A stretch of DNA of 64,000 nucleotides from Octopus vulgaris (GCA_951406725.2 OX597814.1:180110001-180174000), one strand, 5' to 3'; shown: positions 30,042-43,112, numbered from the stretch's first letter. The notes: a model not told the origin generated them from the sequence alone. Numbers and translations are program-made.

Positions 30042-30350
30042 TACAAAATACAAGCTTCATATTCGCGTTTTAGGTGACGCAGTGTTGGCAGTTCTGGTTT
30101 TATTCGTTAGTCAATTATTACCATAGAATTTTGTCCGTTTGTGAATTGAGAGGTAAATATTCCAAATAATGGTTCTGTGGGTATTGTCTTTTGTTCTAGT
30201 TAATTTCCTCTGCCAACAAAAGACTTTGCTTAGCCTAAAATATCTCTGTTTCATCTCACCTTTCCAATTCATCTCAGGACATGAAAACTTGCATCCGTGA
30301 ACCAACAAAGCTTTTACGTAACAGTAATCAGATTCGACTGTGTAACGAAA

Positions 30351-30406
<56 letters not shown>

Positions 30407-30703
30407 TTCATGTGTGTATGTGTGCGTGTGTGCCATGTCTTTCCTGAAGTTGTTGATTTACCAAGGTCGAGGATTGTTAATGGGATCAACCTCCCCGTCT
30501 TCAAGGACCTACGATATCTATGGGCACTGCTTTGTGCTTCAAACCCGACAAATACAATAAAAAACACATTCCAGATTCATTTTTCTCTTTTTTTTTTTCA
30601 ATAGTATTTTTAATGCTCGTGTCTCTATTCTGGTGATTAACGTTGCTCTTGTTTAGACTCAGAACAAATTACTCTGTGTCTAAGCTCTGTCCTAACAGAC
30701 TAA

Positions 30704-31041
30704 AGGGTAAAGACCCCCTTAGGTCATGAATGACCATGGGATTGCACCTAGAAAGTTACCCTCCTAGACACAAGTCCGGGCAAGGTTGTTTATGGAAGAC
30801 CAGCAGTCGCCCATGCATACCGGCCTCCCCCTCTCCACGCCACCAGTGTTATCCAATGGAAAGACAAAGGTCGATACAGCTTGGCACCAGTGACGTCGCA
30901 ACTCATTTCTACAGCTGAGTGAACTGGAGCAACGTGAAATAAAGTGCCTTGCTCAAGAACACAACACGCAGCCCGGTCCGGGATTCGAGCTCACAACCTC
31001 ACGATCGTAAGCTCGACGCTCTAACCACTGAGCCATGCGCC
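30704..31041 (-). mobile_element. tRNA-derived SINE, family D
   Basis: Minus head ggcgcatggctcagtggttagagcgtcgagcttacgatcgtgagg...cgaatcccggacc and core gtgttcttgagcaaggcacttt. Second copy at 47026. Confidence 0.88.
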
Positions 31042-31699
31042 TAGACCAATGAAATTATAAAAGAATCACCATTCATGCTATCCCGCATTTATTTTTATAT
31101 GTCATGGATTATTTTGACCAATATATTTTCTTTATTTAAAATGGCATGCCGCGTGGTTTGAGAAGTTATCTTCTATTTGTAACAAATCGAGAGACCTCAT
31201 TAACCTCCGTTTCTTTGGCTCACGATATTCCCGTTGATTATCGTTATCTTTCTTCGTAAAAGTCAGCAGCAGTACAGTAGCCACATGATCAAAGGAAGAT
31301 TCATCTCTCGTATGTTTTGAATTACACAAGCTGGAGTTGAGCACTAGCTCTGCGGCAGCTCGCTTTTCGAGGATGAATTAACGATATTACTATGTTCTGT
31401 TTAAATCAATACATGATGCTGTAGAAGAGCAAGTGATTAGTTCCTCCCAAGTCCAGTCGACGATGATCCGATCTCGATTATTGATTATCGATTGACGAAA
31501 ATTCACTTCGCTTATGTTATTAGCTCTCTCGTGGAAAATTATAAATGTCACACTATCCATATTCCTGTCATCATTGCCAACGTCGTTGTCGTTATCATCG
31601 TTGCTGTCTACGCTGCCGTCACCACATTTGCCGCGGCCGCTGCAGCCGTTACCGCCGCCGCAGACGTTGTTGCCGCCGCAGCCGTTGTTGCCGCTGTTG

Positions 31700-32071
31700 C
31701 TGTTGAGCGAACGGTTTTCGTCCCAGAGCTCGCAAGATGGGAGAAGTCCGAAACGTGGTCCTTTGCTATTCGTAAGACCCGCAGAAGAGAAAGCAGGTCA
31801 ACCTCCGACACTGAGAGCATCGACGGATGGATGAATGCGCATCCAGACTCAGCGGTTGCGTAGGAAGTCGGGGACAAGAAACAGGAAGAATGTGTGAGAG
31901 AAAGTTGGGGCGAAAGAGTACAACAGGGGTCGCCACCATCCCCTGCCGGAGCCTCGTGGAGCTTTAGGTGTTTTCGCTCAATAAACACACACAACACCTT
32001 GTCTGGGAATCGAAACCGCGATCCTCCGACCGCGAGTCCGCTGCCCTAACCACTGGGCCATTGCTCCTCCA
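31700..32071 (-). mobile_element. tRNA-derived SINE, family C (alternative tail)
   Basis: Family C head and core at 31875-32071, with a tail different from the other copies. Confidence 0.8.
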
Positions 32072-32477
32072 TGCCGCCGCTGCTGCTGTTGTGCTTATCC
32101 TTAGGTCACCCTTGATCTAATAGTACTTTGATAAAAAATAAAAGTTCCAGTCATGACTGTCCTAACTGTTATTTTTTTAATGCCGCGCGGCCATGTAGAG
32201 TTTTCCATCGCGAAGGACCATCATTGACCTGTCCACATTGTTAATGGCGTCTTTTGTTCTTCCATAGCTGCTAAAATAAATGTCAGGCATGAACTGGACT
32301 GATTACAAGTCTCTAAGGTTCAAGTCACGGCTTTAATGTCTTTACGATGATGAAGGCGATAAGGGATTATTTGTACGATTCGAGTGAAATACATATCACA
32401 TGGGATTTTTTTACCCCCGAAAACTCTGGATCTTCGGTTTTCCCGAATTTGTTTATGTTCTTCATCGATATTGTTCA

Positions 32478-32870
32478 TGGCTGTGTGATTGAGAAGCTCG
32501 CGCTGTAAACACATGGTTTCAAGTTCAATCCCACTGCGTGGCACTCTGGACGAATGCCTTCTACTATAGCCCCCGGTCGACCAATGCCTTGTGACTGAAT
32601 TTAATAAACGGAAACTGTGCAGACGTCCGTCATAAGTATGTGTGCGTGTTTGTGTGCTCTTGTGTTTGTGTTTGTCTCCCTCGCCGCTTTACGACTGTTG
32701 TTGGTTTGTTTTCGTCCCAGTAACTTAGCAGTTCGGCAGCTGAAACCAATAGAATAAGTTCCGTACTTGAAAAAATAATTAAATATAAGGCTCGATTTGT
32801 TCGACTATACCCTCCCAGGCGGTGCCCCAGTATAGCCGCAGTTCAAAGACTGAAATAAAATATAAAAGAT
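32478..32870 (+). mobile_element. Older family B SINE
   Basis: tggctgtgtgattgagaagc...cccactgcgtggcac...ggtgccccagtatagccgcagt. Confidence 0.8.
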
Positions 32871-33306
32871 AAATGCTATATATATTTACGTAGTCACACA
32901 TATTCAGACACACATGTAGATAAGCAATCTGCATAGTTTTCATCAGCTAAATTTCACAGACAAAACACTGGTCAAACAGAGGTCACGCAAGAAGATACCT
33001 GCCCAGAGTGCCGCTCAGTGCCATCGAAATCTGAAAGATTTGGTTAAGAAGTGAACTTCTTAACAAAAATTGTGTCTACGATAGCTCGTACTGGTCTACA
33101 TCAGCATGAATTACGCAATGATGTTCATAACTTCGGCTATTTTGGCTATGTTCGAAGCGATGGAAGAAAAAGAGGAATCAGATATTCGGAATTGAGACTT
33201 CATTTGAGAAGACAAAATGAGAACTATCGTGTGTGGGGAGGGGGTGATGCATCTATGTGTGGGGATGGGGGTGTATATATATAATTTAATATGTAATATA
33301 ATATAG

Positions 33307-33338
<32 letters not shown>

Positions 33339-33416
33339 GTTTATGTTTATGTTTTCCAGTTTCAGCTCTTGAGCTGTGGCCATGCTGGGGCACCGCCATT
33401 TTATATATATATATAT

Positions 33417-33900
33417 ATCATTCACACACTACCGTGTGTGAATAACATTCTAAAGGTCAACATTTCCTCACTCGCGACCAATTCTAGGCTTTGTTACAAA
33501 CTCAGTTTGTGACCAAATTTAGATTCGGCACATCATAAGCTACATTTAGAGCTAAAACATTTGAAAATTGGTTCAGTAGAAAAAACGTTTGAGTCAAATA
33601 TGTGAGGCCTCAAACGGGAGAATAACTCCTGAAATCGACTTTGAGTCCAAATATATTTTTTTTTAAATAAGTCTATGTTTTATTTTAGCTTAAATGATAG
33701 ATCTCGACGACAGGAATCTATCCATGTTAGTTATATGCAAAAATATTCAGTAGAAAAAAAGTACTGAGATAAAAACTGGCGAATGAGGGAGATTAACCCC
33801 TGAAATCGACTTTGACACCAAATATCATTCTTCTGTCCAAGAAAAGTATATTTAAATTTAACTTTTCTGATAGATATCAACTACAGGAATCCCATAATGC

Positions 33901-33980
<80 letters not shown>

Positions 33981-34770
33981 TAAAAATAAAATCTACTGGG
34001 GCCGAAAACAGTGGTAACGCCTAAAAGGAAATTCAAAATCCAATCATTTTGTTTTTATGTAAAAATTTTGTAAGAATATGATAGAACTCATCAAGACGAG
34101 TGTCGTGGTGCTAATCTTTTCAAAAAATATTCTAAATGAAAAAAGTTATTATGTAAGCTAAATATGCCAAAAGTACGTAAAACAATTTTCAAGTAATATT
34201 ATTACTTATAGTATTAAGACGAGGAGCTGGCAGAGTCGTTAACACGCAGGGTGAAAGCTTCGCAGAATTTCCTGTCTGTACATTCTGAGTTCAAATTCTT
34301 CCAAGGTCGTGTTTTACTTTTATCTTTTCGGTACACACTAACATGAGTATCAGCTGAGCACTGAGGTCGATGTAATCAACTTCCCTCCCCTCTGGATTTG
34401 ATGGCCTTCTACCAAAATTGGAAGCCAATATTGTAAAATGATTCAATTCAGTATTTAGATATCTTTCAAAGATCTACCTCACATTCATAGAATACACTAT
34501 ATTGCAATACTTGTATATTCTAATAAATATCATTCACACATGGTAATGTGTGAATAAAATTCTTAAGGTCAACATTTACTCACTCGCGACTACTTCTAGG
34601 CTTTGTCACAATTCATTTTTCTTTTACCGAATTTAATAATGTTTATACATTTTTAGATTGGTCACCTCCTAAGCTACATTTTGAGCTACAAAATTTGAAA
34701 TTTGGTTCAGTAGAAAAAAAGTTGAGATTTCAAATATGTGAAGAGAATAACGCCTGAAATCGACTTCAGA
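33417..34770. repeat. Two diverged direct copies (33417-33645, 34528-34770) of an unclassified repeat starting with a small hairpin
   Basis: Both begin atcattcacac..gtgtgaataa..ttct.aaggtcaacattt.ctcactcgcgac. The motif cctgaaatcgactt recurs 3 times. Confidence 0.65.
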
Positions 34771-35504
34771 TATATACACGCGATGCTGCATACATATTTT
34801 CGTAAACACACACACACACACACGCACACGCACACATGCACATGCACATAAGTAACTATTAAAATGCCCATGAAGAGAAACAAAGGTGTGAGGAATACGT
34901 AGCTTTAAGGAGAGAGGGGATAAGATGACAACAATCATAATTTTAATTCCATAAAAAAATTCAAAAACTTGAAAACTAGAAAATTAGAGCTTTAAACAAA
35001 AAAATTGAATATAAACATGGCTCATGAATTTCAAAAGAAAAATCTTAAAAGAAAGTTTTAAAAAATACATTCTTTAATAATTTTTTGGTATTTTTTCATA
35101 GAGAGCTCGAAATCGGTTTATGGAAAGTGGATTATATTTTATTTATAGAAATTGCAGTTTTAAATTGGTTTATGAAAATTGGATTATAATATGGAATTTT
35201 AGCATATATATGAAAACTTCATTTAAAAAAAAAATTATTCCTCAAAATTTAATGATACAATATTGTTATTGTTTCTTCTTTCAATGAGCAGATCTGAAGG
35301 ATTCTAGTAATGCCGTTCAGAAAAAGCAAAAGAGCAGGTGGCTCCACGTGTCTTACGGTGGATGCATTGGCTATTTTTGTATTTTTAAAATCATTTTTAT
35401 ATTAGCCACTGCAACGAAACCCTGTCCAGATAACTTTTTCTTATTTTTAGAATTTAAGAAAAAAATATGTGAAAATTAAAAAAGAAAGCATAAAATTCTT
35501 ATTT

Positions 35505-35736
35505 TTTTCTTTATTGCCCACAAGGGGCTAAACATAGAAGGGGACAAACAAGGACAGACAAAGGGATTAAATCGATTAGATAGACCCCGGTGCGTAACTG
35601 GTACTTAATTTACCGACCCCGAAAGGATAAAAAGGTAAAGTCGACCTCGGCGGAATTTGAACTCAGAACGTAGAGGCAGACGAAACACCGCTAAGCATTT
35701 CGCCCGGCGTGCTGACGTTTCTACCAGCTCGTCGCC
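35505..35736 (-). mobile_element. tRNA-derived SINE, family A
   Basis: Reverse complement of the family A unit. Confidence 0.88.
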
Positions 35737-35890
35737 TTCTTGTTTTAATTCAATCATCAGCAATGAAAAATAATTCAAATATTTTTTAACGAAAGAATAT
35801 TTATTAGTTTTATTACATTGCCTGGAAAAAAGTGGATTACGATGAAAAATGCGGGCGCATGCATGTTAATATTCTTAAGTTATTACACCT

Positions 35891-37130
35891 GGAAAAATAC
35901 AGTACAAGATTTCTACAGTAGAATTTGCCTAATTCGTCACCTCTAAAGGAAACTAAAAGTTACTTAGAATTAAAATTCTACTCTGCTTAAAATACTGCAG
36001 CAGCTGGGAATAACATCTTTAAAATTAAAATACATTATATTAGGTAAATCTGGAATAATCTATTTTATTTATGAGAATTTAAGAAACAAGTTAATATTTA
36101 AAAGTATGGCACAAAAATAATCAAAAATATATTTAAACAATACTTTTTAAAATCATGTCTTTTGAAATATACAATTAAAATAGTCATTTTATTTAGTTAG
36201 CTGTAAATAATATTGCGTGGAGGCACATGGCCTAGTGGTTAGAGCAGCGGACTCGCGGTCGAGGGATCGTGAGTTCGAATCTCAGACCGGGCGATGTGTG
36301 TGTTTATGAGCGAAGCACTTAAGCTCCACGCGGCTCCTGCAGAAGTTAATGGCGAACTTCTGCTGACTCTTTCGCCACAACTCTCTCTTATTCTTTCCTG
36401 CGACAGATCGGCGTCCCGTCCAGGTGGGGAGCCTATACGCCACGGAAACCGGAAAACCGGCCCTTATGAGCCAGGTGTGGCTCAAGAAGGAACAAATAAC
36501 ATTGCACAAGATTTTTTTTTTTCACTTGAATTGAAATCCCATTCCAAACAAAAACAAAAAACATTGATTGCAGTAGAATGGTCATAAGATGGTTTCAAAT
36601 AAACCATATGTTCAGTCAATTCTTCCACGTTGAAAAAATTAATCTGACGAATAAATAAATAAAATTTATTAATACAGTAGAATTAGCCTAATTCTTTTCT
36701 TCACCTAATTCGTCAATTTCAATTTTCTCTTAAGGATGACTAGCTAAACGAATTTTACTGTATTTTTAAAATTAATTTTCTCTTATTTCATTTTTAAAAT
36801 ACTGCTTTTTCCAAAAATAAGCCCATGGTGTTAAATACAGACTTAAATAATTTTGCTTTATTAATAAAAATTACTGGGGTTATACATGGAAAGAATTTCT
36901 GAATATAAACCCATCGGCTTAAAATCAGACAGGCTCGTTTTTTGGGGGGGAAAAAAACAGTAATGCTTTTATAATTTTTGATTTAATAAAATATAGTAAA
37001 TTTTAGAAATGTGATTCATGGTTGCAATATTTTAAGTGCAGTAGAATCTTAATTCTACATACTTTTTAGTTTCCTTTAGATGTGACGAATTAGGCAAATT
37101 CTACTGTAGAAATCTTGTTCTGTATTTTTC
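35891..37130. mobile_element. Putative long-TIR (~110 bp) non-autonomous DNA transposon with a nested SINE
   Basis: 35891-36001 is the reverse complement of 37021-37130 (tacagtagaatttgcctaattcgtcac.tctaaaggaaactaaaa). No clear TSD. Confidence 0.6.
36218..36497 (+). mobile_element. tRNA-derived SINE, family C
   Basis: tggaggcacatggcctagtggttagagcagcggactcgcggtcg...gagttcgaatctcagacc. Confidence 0.88.
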
Positions 37131-37350
37131 TATATACGAAGAGTAAACAAGAGAGACAGAGAGACAGGCAGAAACAAGGAAAACTCCCTTTGCATTTGAA
37201 TACTATACAAATATTATTTAAAAAAACTTTTTTAATTTTTCCAAAATTTAATTGTTTTCCATACTTACAGTTGAAAAAGTCTCAATAACAGGAACCGGTA
37301 CTGAAATGTTTTTTATAAAATTAGTTTAGCATTTTCTACCCTGACTTTCC

Positions 37351-37407
<57 letters not shown>

Positions 37408-38054
37408 TATGTATATATATGTATGTGCGTGTGTATAGCTATGAAAAACTTACTGTTAACAAAAGTTGGGATGCGTGGCGTTCAGTTACTCAATAAAGGA
37501 AACATGCATTAAATAAATAACGATAGCAACAAAAAGTTCACGTAGGACAGATACAGAAACCCTTAATTCTTCATTAGTTATCAACCAAATGTTAATACTC
37601 AGTTTCATGCCTTTAATAATAATACTGAGAACTTCGGCGGCACCCGCAAAATTTGCAGAGAATTAGGTCTTCGAGCGAACAAAACGATACAGAGTGGACG
37701 TAGGAAAGTAAACAAATGTAATTCATAGTATATATATATATATATACGAGCACAACGCCCCCCTGCCCAATGTACGGTGTTGATGTACTTGCGCGTACAA
37801 ATGCACGTTCCCACGGCTTTATCGATCGCATTCTCACCTGGAATCAATTTTTGTAATTTTTTCAAGACTTATACACGCCCAGATACCGTCGGTATCTACA
37901 TATCAAATTTGAGCGCAATCGGATGGAGAATGCCCGAGATCTGAGAAGACACACACACACACACACACAGAACGGATTTTATATAAGAGATATATAAATA
38001 TATATAGGAAACTGATTGTTGTGGCCGGTCTGAGAGTAACCATTGGTTTCGCAC

Positions 38055-38085
<31 letters not shown>

Positions 38086-38498
38086 CATACATACATACAT
38101 ACATACATACATACATACATACATACATACATACATACATACACACACACGCACAAAATTAAGAAGCCATACCAAGAAGTGTGAATATGAGGTATGAATA
38201 TCAACAACCTTTAACAGACAGTCAATATAATGTTGCCTTATTAACTTTCAAGAGAGATGACCTACAAAAACCTTACAAACACATTAATGACAAAAGAATG
38301 CCCTATGGAAATGGAAAGCAATGTAATGAAAGCAAAACTGATGTTAATCAGTTGGAAACAACAATATACGAAGACTCGTTGCTGCAGGTATTGCCTTGTG
38401 TCAGTCCCTTGTCGATTCCGATTTATGCAAGTTGAAAATATCGTATTTTTTTTTCTTTCTTTCTTTTTCAGTTCCCATGAACGTTGAAACTCGCAGCA

Positions 38499-38574
38499 AT
38501 GGCTCTCAAGAAACATTGTCTAATTCTAAGTGTCGTTATCGTCTTCTTTACACACGGAACCAGCAGCAATTTTG
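38499..38574 (+). CDS. Coding exon 1 (signal peptide) of a divergent nicotinic acetylcholine receptor-like Cys-loop subunit
   Basis: MALKKHCLILSVVIVFFTHGTSSNF is signal-peptide-like, with ATG in gcaATGG context. Exon opens after a long pyrimidine tract and CAG (starts at 38472). Phase-1 donor G|gtaagt joins 54485 in frame. Confidence 0.75.
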
Positions 38575-38637
38575 GTAAGTCAGTAATCTTTACCAATTCT
38601 GTTCTACCCACTCCCCAAAAAATACGCTCAGTGACAT

Positions 38638-38638
38638 C

Positions 38639-38700
<62 letters not shown>

Positions 38701-38765
38701 CGGTGGTGGTGGTGATGGTAGTAGCAGTAGTAGTAGTAGCGGCGGTGGTGGTGGTGGTGGTGGTG

Positions 38766-38809
<44 letters not shown>

Positions 38810-38832
38810 TGTAGTGGCGGTGGTGGTGATGA

Positions 38833-38870
<38 letters not shown>

Positions 38871-38962
38871 ATAGAAGTAGTAGTGGCGGTGGTGGTGGTG
38901 ATGGTAGTAGCAGCAGTAGTAGTAGTAGTAGTAGTAGTAGCAGTGGCGGTGGTGGTGGTGGC

Positions 38963-39015
<53 letters not shown>
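38638..39015. repeat. (GTA)n/(GTG)n microsatellite
   Basis: Visible directly. Confidence 0.95.
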
Positions 39016-39027
39016 ATGGATGTTATT

Positions 39028-39250
39028 AGGCGGCGAGCTAGCAGAATCGTTAGCACGATGGATGGAATGCTTAGCGGTATTTCGCCCTACTGCTACGTTC
39101 TGAGTTCAAATTCCGCCGAGGTCGATTTTTGCCTTCTATCGCTTCGGGTCGATAAATTAAGTACCAGTGAAACACTGGGGATGATGTAATCGACAAGCCC
39201 CCTTCTCCACAATTTCAGGTTTTGTGCCTGTAGTAGAAAGGATTATTATT
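39028..39250 (+). mobile_element. tRNA-derived SINE, family A variant
   Basis: ggcggcgagctagcagaatcgttagc...gagttcaaattccgccgaggtcg. Confidence 0.85.
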
Positions 39251-39416
39251 TAGCCCCAGTTTAGTTCTAATCAAACAAATCCCTAATCAAAAATATTCCA
39301 ATCATGACTATTTTATTTTATGAGACATAATATGTCACACATGATATTATCCCAAATTTTCTTATTTATTTTGTTTATTTTCCAAAATACAGTGTGCGTG
39401 TATATGTATGTGTGTG

Positions 39417-39468
<52 letters not shown>

Positions 39469-39533
39469 TCGCCATGATAGATCGCTAGCCACTACACATT
39501 CTTTATTTTCTCTCCCTGTTTCTTTCTGTGTTC

Positions 39534-39569
39534 CTTTCTGTGGAAGGGCGTAGGCTCGAAACGTTAAAG
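39534..39569 (+). ncRNA. Minimal hammerhead-like motif with variant core (PLE-derived)
   Basis: CUUU-CUGUGGA-A-GGGC(GUAG)GCUC-GAAAC-GUU-AAAG. Stems I and II are present and stem III is palindromic. Core position 6 is U instead of A. Confidence 0.55.
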
Positions 39570-39968
39570 ACTTTTTCACTTCCTGAGCGTTTGTTGTCTA
39601 CACCACCTGTCTTCGTTTTTTTGTTGTTGTTTTTTTGTGAATTCTCCCCATATATATGCATATATATGTGTGTGTATGTGTGTGTGCTTGTATGCGTGTG
39701 TGTGTGAGTCTCTGTGTGTGTGTATACATGTATATAGGTGGTGCTATTAAGTTAGACATGGCCTGAGGCTATACTAGCCGAAACCTTTCAAAATTATCAG
39801 TTATATATATATATACAAAACTGTCCGACGAACGAGAACGTGAAACTCTGACTAACAGCTTTTGCTATATTTCTGCTGCTTTTAAATAAAGCATATTGCT
39901 CTACCTCTGGTATTTGAGTACTCTTTCTTCCACCTTGTTTCACATTTATGTGCTTACTCCAGTATATG

Positions 39969-40042
<74 letters not shown>

Positions 40043-40624
40043 GACTGAACAGCAAGGAAGACAAAAGGAACGATTAATCTAATAGCTTCATTCTTTACAT
40101 AAGTTTCAGCAGTTCTTTGAAGTAATATTACTTTAATAATTTTTCTTCTGAAGATGTAGTATTTTCTCTTCAGAAGATATGGAATTTATTTGCCTCACTG
40201 TGTAATATCCAACACTGAAGTATTACTAAAGCGTACGTAGCAAAACAACGAAGTAATTTAATTATGCTGTTTTATTTCCCTTGTTATTTAATCACTGTAT
40301 TTTATACGAGGGTCATTACAGCTTATACTCTTGCTGCCTGTGAATGATTACAGACAGACATGATTACATTATTGTGAATGAATGTATCGGGATGTAATGT
40401 AATTTACCTTTTATCTTTTACTTGTTTCAGTCATTAGTCTGCGGCCATGCTGGGGCACCGCCTTGAAGGGTTTTAATCGAATGAATCGACCACAGCACTT
40501 GTTTCTTTTTTTTTTTAAAGTCTGGGACTTATACTATCGGTTCTCTTTTGCCGAAGCGCTAACTTACATGGATGTGAACACATAAACACTGGCTCTCAAG
40601 TGGTGGTGGGAGCAGAAACACACA

Positions 40625-40682
<58 letters not shown>

Positions 40683-41519
40683 GTTCTAATGGATAACTGT
40701 ATATCAAGTCTTGTAAAGGCATACAATAATAAATTTTATGTGTGTATTGTGTGCATCGTGTGTGTGGGTGTGTATGTGTGTGTGTGTGTATGTGTGTGTG
40801 TGTGTTTGTGTGTGCGTGTGTGTGTGTGTTTCTGTGTGCGTGTGTGTGTGTGAGTGAGTGAGTGAGTGTGTGTGTGTGTGTGTGTTATTTTAGTAAGGAT
40901 CAAAATTAGTGCTCGTCACCTGTTACAAGGACTCCGAGATGGCTGGGAAAGAGACGATATTCTCAAACCGGAGACCAGCCCGATTGTTTCTAAGACGCCA
41001 AGTTCTAGTCTTAAACCGGACGACGAGGTCAAATCTACCACCCAAGTAGGGCGTGACCCAATTTGAACTAAGAACTCAAAGAAACGGAATAAATATAGCA
41101 GGACAACCTGCTCAAACTTTCTTTTCATTTATTTACAAATCTACTGACTTCGTTTGTTACTTTTTAACAACTCCGAAAGAATGAAAGCGAAACTGAAACG
41201 AAGTTGAAGCAAAGCAAAGGTGAAATAGCGCGAAGAATTCTGTCCGACACTGTGGCGATTTAACCAAATCTTCGTGTGATTAGCTGTCTTGCAGATTGAC
41301 CTGATATTCATCAATTTTCATTACGTTGATACCATTAGAATGATTCTGAGTGTAAGGGATTCATTTTAGGTGTCAAACATGAAGAAAACTTCACAATCTT
41401 AATTCTTGCATAACATTAAACATGGTTCTATATTTAAGAGTTGAGGAATTATGTACATTATTTACGCTATTTACATTATTTACATTTGACGGATATTTGT
41501 CCTCATCTTGTTTGTTGTT

Positions 41520-41565
41520 AACACAACGTTTCGGATGATATACCCTCCAGCCTTCATCAGGTGTC
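41520..41565 (-). ncRNA. Minimal type I hammerhead ribozyme
   Basis: Minus strand: GACAC-CUGAUGA-A-GGCUGG..UCAUCC-GAAAC-GUU-GUGUU. Core intact, palindromic ACGU stem III, one mismatch in stem II. Confidence 0.75.
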
Positions 41566-41684
41566 TTGGGGAAATTATTATTCATGGGCATAAGACGTAG
41601 TGGTTAATAGCGCGGGCTACTAACCCCACGATTCCGAGTTCGATTCCAGGCAGTGACCTGAATAATAATAATAATAATAATAAT

Positions 41685-41761
<77 letters not shown>

Positions 41762-41825
41762 CGACGACGACGACGACGACGAAAAATACCTTAGGAATAA
41801 GAACCCAGGTTCGAAATTTCCGCAA

Positions 41826-41869
41826 GACACCTGATGAAGGTTGAAGGGTATAAACCGAGACGTTGTGTT
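41826..41869 (+). ncRNA. Hammerhead copy with mutated core (probably inactive)
   Basis: GACAC-CUGAUGA-A-GGUU..AACC-GAGAC-GUU-GUGUU. GAAAC is changed to GAGAC. Confidence 0.6.
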
Positions 41870-41987
41870 AACAACAAACAAGATGAGGACAAATATCCGT
41901 CAAATGTAAATAATGTAAATGGTGTAAATAGTGTACATAATTTCTCATCTCTTAAATATAGAACCATGTTTAATGTTATGCAAGAAT

Positions 41988-42400
41988 GGTCCGATCTACA
42001 GAGAAGGACAGAAAGAGCAGGAGAGGCAGTAAATGACGTTGCTAGGAGTCAATGATATGATAGTGACCATGATGGGTGCCTGTGGGGATGGTAGCGTCGG
42101 AGAGGTTGGGGCAAGTGCGGCAGCATGGGCAGGAGCAGGGGAACGAGCCGGGTTGAGAGGTGGGGTTAAGGAAGAAACTATGGATCATGAGGTCACATAG
42201 GTTGTGGGCTCGTTTGAAGGAGGGGAGGGGTGGTTGGGGAAGATGCGCGAAGTGGAGGGGTCGGACTGGAGTTGCCGGAAGGCTCGGAGAATGGTGCGTT
42301 GGAGAGGCAGGACGGAGGGGTTGTAGGTGAGGGGTAACGAGAGATGGGTAACGGCAGGGCAGGTGCACGGCCCACGGAACGCGCTCTGGCAAGTGTGTTT
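41988..42400 (-). mobile_element. Penelope-like (Neptune-type) ORF fragment: Cys-rich linker and start of GIY-YIG
   Basis: PLPSFKRAHNLCDLMIHS...PGSFPCSCPCCRTCP, then in another frame SNVIYCLSCSFCPSL*IG. Confidence 0.85.
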
Positions 42401-43062
42401 AGCTGAGGTTTTATATATATACTTACATATATATATATATATATATATATATACTTACACACACATATATATATATATATATACTTACATATATATATAT
42501 ATATACTTACATATATATATATGCTAACATACGCACACACATATACACATCCATTCATATGTTTGTGTATATTTTAGAATTTAGCTCAAAGGCAAAAAAG
42601 GCGTTATCTCAAAAGAAAAGAAAAACAACACAAAATTGAAAAAAAAATTGTTACAAAAAATATCCAAAAAGAAACATAAAGAATCACACGGAAACATGAA
42701 AGTAAGAAAGGAAGAAACAAAAAAAAAAGCAAAAGCAAAGAAGATTAACAAATGCTATCGATAGAAAAACTATAAATTAAAAATGATAAACTATTAATGT
42801 ATTGAAAATTGGAGATATCACATCACATGCCAAGATACATAATCATCTAAGGCTACAACATAGATTGCCTTCTCTTATTACATTTCATTATTCTAATGTT
42901 GAGATAATTCTTAATGATTCTTATATTATCGCCCAGAAATCATTTAAGTTAAAGCATATGCCATCATATACATATATATGTGTGTGTGTATGTATATATG
43001 TATGTATTTGTGTACACACACACATATATATGATAGATGTATGTATATATATGTGTGTATGC

Positions 43063-43112
<50 letters not shown>

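Larger units (their letters stand above)
41402..41987. mobile_element. Inverted pair of hammerhead-bearing repeats enclosing a tRNA-like head (non-autonomous Penelope-like element)
   Basis: 41402-41576 is the reverse complement of 41815-41987. A tRNA-like A/B-box head at 41586-41660 is followed by (AAT)n(AAC)n(GAC)n. Confidence 0.8.

Noticed and set aside
31492-31997. Ala-rich ORFs on both strands
   Set aside because: Composed of a (GCC/GTT)-type low-complexity tract plus a family C SINE.
38484-39029. 181-aa ORF with poly-Val as a membrane protein
   Set aside because: Only 38499-38574 is exonic. The rest reads through a gtaagt donor into a (GTA)n microsatellite.
41586-41660. tRNA genes here and at SINE heads (e.g. 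30970-31041, 36218-36290)
   Set aside because: A and B boxes are present, but I could not fold a complete cloverleaf with an acceptor stem, and each continues into repeat body sequence.
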